NCBI GenBank assembly: GCA_963822135.1
Contig: CAWGGI010000004.1
Coordinates: 32,812-96,811, forward strand
Source of the DNA: an uncultured Actinomycetota bacterium
GTDB taxonomy: Bacteria > Actinomycetota > Thermoleophilia > RBG-16-64-13
Direction of reading: 5' to 3'
DNA length: 64,000 nucleotides
A program made the position numbers and the translations under genes. This document shows, in pieces, positions 15,842-24,618 of this stretch; within the stretch, counting starts at the first letter, position 1, and each line of letters opens with the position of its first letter. Under the pieces are notes generated by a model. That model saw nothing but the letters and a program-made list of their open reading frames with translations. It made no database searches and was not told where the DNA came from.

Positions 15842-18800
15842 ATGGATCAGATCAGCAACCACGTACTCGTCTGCACCGGCGGTGGGTGCATCGCGTCCGG
15901 AGCTCTGGAGGTCAGCGCCGCGTTCACCAAGGAGCTCGAAGACCTGGGGATCGAACGGCAGACCCGCGTCATCGAGACCGGCTGCCTCGGCCCCTGCGCC
16001 GTCGGACCGGTCGTCCTCGTGTACCCGGACGGCGTCTTCTACCAGAACGTCAAGATCGAGGATGTCCACGAGATCGTCGAGGAGCATCTGCTCAAGGGCC
16101 GCGTGGTCACCCGGCTGGTGAGCCACGCTCCCGGCACCGACCGCTCCGTCGCCGAGATGAGCGACGTGGAGTTCTTCAACCGCCAGGTCAAGATCGTCCT
16201 GCGCAACTCGGGGATCATCGACCCGCTCAAGATCGAGGAGTACATCGCCCGCGACGGCTACCAGGCGCTGGCCAAGGTGCTCACCGAGATGACGCCCGAG
16301 CAGGTGGTCGAGCGAGGTCCTGCGCAGCGGCCTGCGCGGCCGCGGCGGCGCCGGCTTCTCCACCGGGCTGAAGTGGAAGTTCGCCGGCAAGACCGAGTCG
16401 CGACGCGAAGTACGTCCTCTGCAACGCCGACGAAGGCGACCCCGGCGCCTTCATGGACCGCTCGCGTCCTGGAGGGCGACCCGCACAGCCGTCATCGAAG
16501 GCATGACCATCGGCGCCTACGCCATCGGCGCCAAGGAGGGCTACGTCTACGTGCGGGCCGAGTATCCGCTGGCCGTCGAGCGGCTGCAGCTACGCCATCG
16601 ACCAGGCCACGAGATACGGGTCTGCTCGGCAAGGACATCATGGGCACCGGCTTCGACTTCGACCTCGAGATCCGCATGGGAGCCGGCGCCTTCGTCTGCG
16701 GCGAGGAGACCGCCCTGATGCCTCCATCGAGGGCAAGCGCGGCGAGCCGCGGCCGCGGCCGCCGTTCCCGGCCGTGAAGGGTCTGTGGGACAAGCCCAGC
16801 GTGCTCAACAACGTCGAGACCTTCGCCAACATCGCCCGCCATCATCCTCAAGGGCGCCGAATGGTTCGCGCGCCATCGGCACCGAGAAGAGCAAGGGCAC
16901 CAAGGTCTTCGCCCTCGGCGGGGCCAGGTCAACAACACCGGCCTCGTCGAGGTGCCGATGGGCATCCCGCTGGGCGAGATCGTCTACGACATCGGCGGCG
17001 GCATGCCCGAGCGGCAAGAAGTTCAAGGCCGCGCAGATCGGCGGTCCCTCCGGCGGCTGCATCCCGCGCCAGCACCTGAACGTGCCGGTCGACTACGAGA
17101 TCGCTGCAGGAGCTGGGCGCCATCATGGGCTCCGGCGGCCTGATCGTCATGGACGAGGACACCTGCATGGTCGACGTCGCCCGGTTCTTCCTCGACTTCA
17201 TCCAGGACGAGACCTGCGGCAAGTGCCCGCCCTGCCGGGTGGGCACCAAGCGCATGCTCGAGATCCTCACCCGCATCTGCAACGGGCAGGGCGAGGAGGG
17301 CGACATCGAGAAGCTCGAACGACCTGGGCAGCATCATCAAGGACACCGCGCTCTGCGGCCTCGGCCAGACGGCGCCCAACCCGGTGCTCTCGACCATCCG
17401 CCACTTCCGCCACGAGTACGAGGCCCACATCCAGCGACCAGCACTGCGAGGCCGGGCGTCTGCTCGACGCATGTTCACGGCCCCGTGCAGCAACGCCTGC
17501 CCGGCCAGCGTCAACGTGCCCGGCTTCGTCAGTCTCATCGGCGAGAAGCGCTTCGACGAGGCCCTGCACGCTGCACCGCGAACGCAACCCGTTGGCCAGT
17601 ATCTGCGGCCGGGTCTGCTTCCATCCCTGCGAGAGCAAGTGCCAGCGCGGCTCGCTCGACGAGGCGGTGGCCATCCGCGGCCTCAAGCGCTTCATGACCG
17701 AGCAGGAGACCGAGGTCGCAGCTGCCCAGAGTCCTCGAGAACGCCGAGAACGCGGCGCGCAAGGTGGCCGTCATCGGCGCCGGCCCGGCCGGCCTGTCCT
17801 GCGCCTACTTCCTGGCCCGCCTGGGCTACAAGCCCACCATCTTCGAGAAGGAACCGAGCGCGGGCGGCATGCTCGTCCAGGCCATTCCCGCCTACCGGCT
17901 GCCCCGCGAGGAGTTGGGCCGCGAGATCAGCATGATCGAGAGCCTGGGCGCCACCATCAAGACCGGCAAGGCCCTCGGCACGCGACTTCACCCTGGCCGA
18001 CCTGCGCGAACAGGGCTACGAGGCAGTGTTCCTCGGCGTGGGCGCTCCGGCCGGGGTCGCGCTTGGGCATCCCCGGCGAGAGGCGGCGAAGGGGTCACCG
18101 AAGGCGCTGACCTTCCTGCGCGAGTACAACGTGCACGGCACGGCCGAGGTGGGTGAGGAAGTGGCCATGGTCGGCGGGGGCAACTCCGCCATCGACGCGG
18201 CGCGCACCGCCCTGCGCCTGGGCGCCGAAGCACGTCACCATCCTCTACCGCCGCCAGCGCGAGCAGATGCCCGCCTGGGCCGAGGAGATCAACGCCGCCG
18301 ACGAGGAGGGCATCACCGTCCTGCCTCTGACGGCTCCCAAGCAGATCCTGCGCGACGCCCAGGGCAAGGTGGTGGGCGTGCTCTGTCAGCGGATGGCGTT
18401 GGGCGACTACGACAGGAGCGGCCGCCGCCAGCCGGTGGCCGGCCGCAACCCGGACTTCACGGTGCGCTGCGACCAGGTGATCGCCGCGATCGGCCAGGCC
18501 CTCGACGCGAAAGCGCTCGTCGGCGACCTGCCGGTGGAACTCCGGAAGGGGTGGATCAGTGACCGACGGCACGACCGGCGCGACCAGCGTCGACTGGCTC
18601 TTCGCCGGCGGCGACGCCGTCACCGGTCCCGCCTCGGTGGTGGAGGCCGTCGGGCCGGAGAGCGGGCCGCGGTAGCCATCGACCAGCACCTCACCGGAGC
18701 CAACCACGCCTTCTGGCGGCGCGATATCGCCGTCGACGTGTTCTTCGATCCCGATGCCGACCCGGTGGCTACTCCCCGGGCCGCGGTCGTATGCCTCGAT

Positions 18801-18946
18801 CCCGAACTGCGCGCCTGCACCTTCGACGAGGTCGAGCTGTCGTGGACCCTCGACACCGCCTGTGCCGAGGCGAAGCGATGCCTGCGCTGCGACTACGGCA
18901 AGGTACCCGTACCGGCCGCCGATCTGCCGAGGAAGAGGTGGACTGA
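15842..18946 (+). pseudogene. hydB: NuoF-like flavoprotein (HydB) fused to a GltD/NfnB-like NAD(P)H oxidoreductase; about 26 frame changes as assembled
   Basis: N-terminal 2Fe-2S ([23 protein letters not shown]). NuoF core ([63 protein letters not shown]). It then runs directly into GltD-like [62 protein letters not shown]. Extra bases at 16313, 16401, 16465, 16490, 16590 and 16609, a missing base near 16725, and further shifts through 18928. Fragments correspond to ORFs 15842.., 16503.., 16774.., 17125.., 17384.., 16785.., 17764.., 18026.. and 18153... Confidence 0.8.
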
Positions 18947-20732
18947 TGCCGATCCTCACCATCGACGACAACAGAGTCGAAGTGCCCGAGGGCACCATCG
19001 CTGCTGGACGCCTGCCGGCAGGCAGGCGCGCACATCCCCACCCTCTGCTACCTGGAGGGCGTGCAGGCCATCGGGGCCTGCCGCCTGTGCCTGGTCGAAG
19101 TGGAGGGCGCCCGCACGCTGGTGGCGTCGTGCGCCCAGCCGGCGACCGAAGGCATGGTGGTCAAGACCAACACGCCGCGGGTCCGCAGAGGCGCGGCGGG
19201 CGGTCGTGCGAGTTGCTGCTCTCCGAGCACGACGGCGACTGCCAAACCTGCGTCCGCAACGGCGACTGCGAGCTGCAGAGCATCGCCAGAGATCTGGCAC
19301 GTCGACACCATCACCTACGAGGGCGAGCAAGGCCCGGCAGGTCATCGACGACTCCACCCCGGCGCTCATGCGCGACACCGGCAAGTGCATCATGTGCCGC
19401 CGCTGCGTCACGGTCTGCAACCAGATCCAGGGCGTGGGCGCGCTGTTCCCGCAGAACCGCGGCTTCGCCACCGTCATCGGCCCGGCCTTCGGCGGCGACC
19501 TCGCCGACGTGGTGTGCGTCCAGTGCGGCCAGTGCGCCGCCGTCTGCCCGGTGGGCGCCATCACCGAGAACAGCGCCATCGACCGGGTGTGGGCGGCGCT
19601 GGACGACCCCGACAAGCACGTCGTCGTCCAGACCGCGCCCGCGATCCGCGGCCGCCCTGGGCGAGGAGTTCGGCTACGCGCCCGGCACCCTGGTGACCGG
19701 CAAGATGGTCGTCGGCCCTGCGCCGGCTGCGGCTTCGACGAGGTCTTCGACACGAACTTCACCGCCGACCTGACCATCATGGAGGAGGGCACCGAGCTGC
19801 TCACCCGCCTCAAGAAGGCGCTCGGTCGACAAGCGAGCAGGTGGCCCTGCCCATGTTCACCAGCTGCTCCCCGGGCTGGATCAACTACATGGAGCACTTC
19901 AATCCCGACATGCTGGCCAACCTCTCCACCTGCAAGTCGCCGCAGCAGATGCTCGGCGCGCTGGCCAAGACCTACTACGCCGAGAAGATGGGCATCGAAG
20001 CCCGAGGACATGGTGGTGGTCTCGGTCATGCCCTGCACGGCCAAGAAGTTCGAGTGCACCCGGCCGGAGATGATCCGACAGCGGCTGCCAGGACGTCGAC
20101 ATGGTGCTCACCACCCGCGAACTCGCCCGCATGATCAAGCAGGCCGGCATCGACTTCCGCATCCTGCCCGACGGCCAGATGGACCGGCCCCTCGGGCATG
20201 TCCACGGGCGCGGCCGACATCTTCGCCGTCACCGGCGGCGTGATGGAGGCGGCCCTGCGCACCGCCTACGAGATCGTCACCGGCAAGCCCTTCCCCTTCG
20301 CCGGCCTGCACGTGCAGCCCATCGCCGGGCTCGAGGGCGTCAAGGAGGCCGCGGTCACCATCGAGGGGACCGTGCCGGAGTGGGCGTTCCTCAAGGGCGC
20401 CACGCTCAAAGTGGCCGTGGCCCACGGCCTGGCCAACGCGCAGAAGGTGATCGACCGCATCCGCTCGGGCGAGGCCGAGTACCACTTCGTCGAGGTCATG
20501 ACCTGTCCGGGCGGCTGCATCGGCGGCGGCGGGCAGCCCCGCCTCACCTCCGACGCGGTGCGCGCAGGCCCGCATCCGCGCCATCTACGCCGAGGACGAG
20601 AGTCGCGAACTGCGCAAGTCGCACGAGAACCCCGACGTCCAGAAGCTCTACGAGGAGATGCTGGGCAGCCCGCTCGGCGAACTCTCCCACAAGCTGCTTC
20701 ACACCAAGTACACGGAGAAAGAAAGGGTATAG
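18946..20732 (+). pseudogene. hydA: [FeFe]-hydrogenase catalytic subunit HydA, copy 1; at least 10 frame changes as assembled
   Basis: ATG at 18946 after AGGAAGAGGTGG. N-terminal 2Fe-2S (CRLCLVEVEG) and FeS domains (CIMCRRCVTVC, CVQCGQCAAVCP). H-cluster motifs FTSCSPGW, MPCTAKKFE and VEVMTCPGGCIGGGGQP. Tail LLHTKYTEKERV with stop at 20730-20732. Pieces lie in all three frames (ORFs 18754.., 19061.., 18153.., 19841.., 20198..). Confidence 0.85.
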
Positions 20733-20774
20733 AGCGCTTGACCGCGATGCCAGTGCCGGCCCCAGTGCTATCGT

Positions 20775-21286
20775 GTGGATACCATGACACCTGAGGACAC
20801 CATGATGACCGATGAGCCCGCGCTCATATTGATCGTCGACGACGACTTCGATTTTCTCGAGCTCAACCGTCTGATCCTCGAGAGAGCGGGCTATCGCGTC
20901 ACCACAGCCGCGGACCCGAGGCAGGCCCTCCGCGCCATGGCGCAGGAGAAGCCGGCTCTGGTGATCACCGACCTCATGATGACCAGTCCGGATTCGGGCT
21001 TCTCGTTCAGCCGGGCCATCAAGGAGGAGCCGGCCTACGCGGACATCCCGGTCATCATCGCCACGTCGGTATCCGCCGCCCTGGGCCTGGATTTCCGGCC
21101 CCGTTCCGCCGATGACCGCGCCACCATGAACGTCGATGCCTATTTCGACAAGCCTCTCGACGCCGCGCGCCTGCTCGCCACGGTGGCCGAACTCCTCGCC
21201 GCGGGGAAAGCGGACGCGGCCGAAGAACCCGCGGCGGCGTCGAGGGAGCCGCCGCGGAACCGGCTCCCTCGGAAGCGAGCGAGTGA
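20775..21286 (+). CDS. Stand-alone response-regulator receiver protein
   Basis: LILIVDDD..., VITDLMMTSPDSG, DAYFDKPL. The annotated frame reads on to 21656. A TGA at 21284-21286 in the -1 frame, overlapping the next ATG, suggests an indel in the Ala/Pro/Glu tail near 21235. Confidence 0.7.
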
Positions 21287-23308
21287 TGTCTGTCCAGGAC
21301 AACGCGCTCGTCACCATCATCGGCGAGCGCTGCCGAATGTGCTACGCCTGCATCCGCGAATGCCCGGCCCGAGCCATCCAGGTGGTGGACGGACAGGCCA
21401 GCGTCATGCCGCAGCGCTGCATCGGCTGCGGCAACTGCGTCAGGGTGTGCAGCCAGAACGCCAAGGCCGTACGGGACGACACCGAGAAGGCCTTCAACCT
21501 CATCGACTCGCGTCTGCGGACGGCGGCCATGGTGGCCCCCAGCTTTCCCGCGGAGTTCACCGACATCGAGCCCGGACGTCTGGTGGCTATGATCCGCGCG
21601 CTCGGCTTCTCCTCGGTGCACGAGGTATCGCTGGGCGCCGACCTGGTGGCTTATGAGTATGCCGAGTTGCTGCGCCGGGATCCCGAAGGTCGCTATATCA
21701 CCACCCCGTGCCCGGCCGTGCATTCCTACGTTCGGAAGTACCGGCCGGATCTCACCCGCTTCCTGGCTCCTGTCGCCCCCCCCATGGTGGCGATGGCCAG
21801 GGCGCTGCGTCACGATCTGGGTGACGACCTGCACGTGGTGTTCATAGGGCCCTGTATCGCCAAGAAGTGGGCGTCCATCGACACCACCCACTTGGAGATC
21901 GAGGCGGTCCTCACCTTCGCCGAGCTCAGGCAGATGTTCGAGAAGCGCGGCATCACGCCCGAGGGGGTCACCGCCGAAGACGATTTCGACCCGCCGTATG
22001 GTGGGGTCGGCGCCGTCTTCCCCATCTCGCGGGGGCCTGCTGCAGACCGCCGGGCTCCAGGCCGACCTTCTCTCGGGCGAGATAATCGTCGCCGAGGGCC
22101 GTGACGAGTTCGTCGACGCGCTGGAGGAGTTCGACATCTCCCACACGGGCGCCCGCCTCCTCGACATCCTCTCCTGCCAAGGCTGCTTCGCGGGAGCCGG
22201 CATGACCAGCGACGAGACCAACATGCAGCGCCGCGCCCGCATCAGCAGCTACGCCAATACCCGCATCGCGAACTTCGAGGACGAGCAGCGCGAACAGATC
22301 GCATCAGCCCGGGAGCGCTACAAGGACATCGACCTCGCTCGCGAGTTCGAGGCCGACCCGCAGACTCTCGACAGCCCCGACACGCCCGCGGAGCTCAAGG
22401 AGATCCTGGAGCGGATGGGCAAGCACGGGGAGAAGGATTTCCTCAACTGCGGCGCCTGCGGCTACCACACCTGCCTCGATCATGCTCGGGCCATCTATGC
22501 CGGTCTCGCCGATTCCGAGATGTGCCTTCCCAACACCATCGAGCAACTGCGCACCGCGTACGGCGAACTCGAGGAATCCCACCGCTCTCTGGAGGACGCA
22601 CAGGAGGCGCTGGAGAAGTCCACCAGACTGGCGAGCATGGGGCAGCTGGCGGCCGGCATCGCCCACGAGGTGAACAACCCGCTGGGGATCCTTCTGCTGC
22701 ACGCCAACCTGGCGCTGGAGGAGGCCGAGGAGCACTGCCAGCTTCATGAAGACCTGGCGACCATCGTCGACCAGGCCAACCGCTGCAAGCGCATCATCTC
22801 CGGTCTTCTCAACTTCGCCCGTCAGAGCCGGGTGGTCCGTCAGCCCACCGATCTGGCCGAACTGGTCCAGAAAGTGCTGCATACCTTGCCCGTGAGCGAA
22901 GGGGTGCAGATGGAGGTAGAGGACCGTCTCACGGATGCGGTGGCCGAGATCGACTCCGACCAGATCGTCCAGGTGCTCAGCAACCTGCTGAGTAACGGTC
23001 AGCACGCCATGCCCGATGGCGGCAGGGTCGTGGTGACCCTCACCGACACGCCGGACGAGGTGGTCATCGAGGTCGCCGATACCGGGGTGGGGATCCCCGA
23101 AGAGAACATGAGCAGGCTCTTCGACCCGTTCTTCACCACCAAACAGGTAGGCATGGGGACCGGGCTGGGACTGGCCATCACCCATGGGATCGTCAAGATG
23201 CACCGCGGGCAGATCACCGTCGAATCGAACGCCGACCCGCAGGCCGGTCCCACAGGTACGACCTTCACGGTCCGGCTGCCGCGTTACGAAGAACAAGCGG
23301 CCGCTTAA
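21286..23308 (+). CDS. [FeFe]-hydrogenase-like (HydS-type, group C-like) sensor histidine kinase; one frame change near 22030
   Basis: 2x[4Fe-4S] (CRMCYACIRECP, CIGCGNCVRVCS). H-domain with TTPCPAV, IGPCIAKKW and LSCQGCFAGAG. Extra Fe-S motif CGACGYHTCLDHARAIYAGLADSEMC. HisKA H-box AAGIAHEVNNPLG. HATPase N/G boxes (NLLSNGQHA, DTGVGIP, GTGLGL). Joined from ORFs 21136..22104 and 21998..23308. Confidence 0.8.
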
Positions 23309-23326
23309 GGTGCCGGGGGCGAAAGC

Positions 23327-24481
23327 GTGATGCAACCCCAGGAACAGGTGGTCCGGATCGGGATGGTGGACGACGAGGAGCCGCTGTGCCTGGCCGTCAG
23401 CCGCATCCTCGCCAAGTACAAGGTGCACGTGCCCGATGTGGGTGTCGACGCCTCCTACGACTTCGCCTATTTCACGTCGGGCGAGCAGTTCATGCAGGCT
23501 GCGAACGAGGGCGCTCAGTTCGACCTCCTGTTGCTCGACCTCAAACTCCCCGGAATGAGCGGGCTCGAGATACTCACCGAGCTCACCCGCCAGAACCGGG
23601 GAGTCCTCAGCATCATGATCACCGCCTACGCCACGTTCGAGACCGCCGTACAGTTCACCAAGCTGGGAGGCTACGACTTCCTGGCCAAGCCCTTCTCCCC
23701 CGACGAGCTGCGCTATGCGGTCCGCAAGGCCACCGTCCAGTTCATCGTGAGCAAAGAGGCGCGGCGCCTCGCCGACGAGAAGCGTCAGATCCGCTTCAAC
23801 TTCATCTCCGTGCTCGCCCACGAGCTCAAAGCTCCCCTCAACGCCATCGAGGGCTATCTCAAGATCCTGCAGATGGACGAACCCGACGAGCGCCGGCAGA
23901 TGATCGACCGCAGCCTCATCCGGCTGGACGGCATGAAGAAGCTCATCTTCGACCTCCTGGACCTCACCCGCATCGAATCGGGGCAGAAACAGAGGACTTT
24001 CACCACCGTGGACGTGAGCGCTCTGGCGAAGAGCACCGTGGAACTGTTCACGGCAGAGGCCGCTGCGCGTGGTATCACCATGCAGGTGGAGCCGGGTGAG
24101 ACCGTCGAGATGGTCGCCGACGCCAGCGAGATAGAGATCGTCCTCAACAACCTCGTCTCCAATGCGGTGAAGTACAACCGCGACAACGGCTCCGTCCGGG
24201 TCTCCGTGGGTCGGGGGCCCGAAGGCGTCGAGATCTCGGTGACCGACACCGGCATCGGGCTGACGCCCGAAGAGGCCGCCAAGCTCTTCACGGAGTTCGT
24301 CCGCATCAAGAACGAGGATACGATCAAGGTGATCGGCAGCGGCCTGGGACTGTCCACGGTACGCAAGCTCGCCCAGCTCTACGGCGGCGACGCGAACGTG
24401 GAGAGCGTCAAGGGCGAGGGCAGCACCTTCACCGTGACGCTCCACGACGCGGGCCCGGCGCCCGCGGCCGGCGCGCAGTAG
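23327..24481 (+). CDS. Hybrid receiver - histidine kinase (REC-HisKA-HATPase_c)
   Basis: REC (MVDDEE, LLLLDLKLPGMSG, FLAKPF). H-box SVLAHELKAPLN. NLVSNAVKY, DTGIGL, GSGLGLS. Intact 384-aa ORF. Confidence 0.85.
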   Translation: MMQPQEQVVRIGMVDDEEPLCLAVSRILAKYKVHVPDVGVDASYDFAYFTSGEQFMQAANEGAQFDLLLLDLKLPGMSGLEILTELTRQNRGVLSIMITAYATFETAVQFTKLGGYDFLAKPFSPDELRYAVRKATVQFIVSKEARRLADEKRQIRFNFISVLAHELKAPLNAIEGYLKILQMDEPDERRQMIDRSLIRLDGMKKLIFDLLDLTRIESGQKQRTFTTVDVSALAKSTVELFTAEAAARGITMQVEPGETVEMVADASEIEIVLNNLVSNAVKYNRDNGSVRVSVGRGPEGVEISVTDTGIGLTPEEAAKLFTEFVRIKNEDTIKVIGSGLGLSTVRKLAQLYGGDANVESVKGEGSTFTVTLHDAGPAPAAGAQ

Positions 24482-24520
24482 CCCGCGGCCTCGCCGGGCA
24501 CCGACAAGACCCGCAAGCGA

Positions 24521-24566
24521 GAAGGCCGGCGGCCCGTCGCGCTGACGGGGCCGCCGGCCTTCGTTT
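24521..24566. terminator. Strong hairpin between convergent operons (bidirectional terminator candidate)
   Basis: GAAGGCCGGCGGCCC - 12-nt loop - GGGCCGCCGGCCTTC (15 bp) followed by GTTT. Confidence 0.6.
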
Positions 24567-24618
24567 CACTTCGGGGCCGGAAAGCCGGGCCGCGAAGGGC
24601 CCGGCGATCAACAGAGCG

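Noticed and set aside
15842-20732. Programmed ribosomal frameshifting, or selenocysteine or other recoding, as the explanation for the many frame breaks
   Set aside because: The shifts number dozens, go in both directions (+1 and -1) and occur at unrelated sequence contexts. There are no slippery heptamers, no downstream structures and no in-frame TGA pattern. No known recoding mechanism works like this.
20775-21656. 293-aa response regulator with a long C-terminal output domain
   Set aside because: Beyond about residue 150 the frame runs antiparallel in meaning to the clearly coding hydS-HK frame, which starts at 21286 with ferredoxin motifs, and it is Arg/Pro/Gly-rich. The true receiver protein most likely ends at the TGA at 21284-21286, reached through a -1 indel.
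22304-24445. Very long antisense ORFs (713 aa here; also 2482..4368 at 628 aa, 1586..2617 at 343 aa, 24655..26244 at 529 aa, 56707..58374 at 555 aa)
   Set aside because: They lie opposite genes with clear domain content and have Arg/Gly/Ala/Pro/Leu/His-rich, motif-free sequences. This is typical of stop-depleted shadow frames in high-GC DNA.
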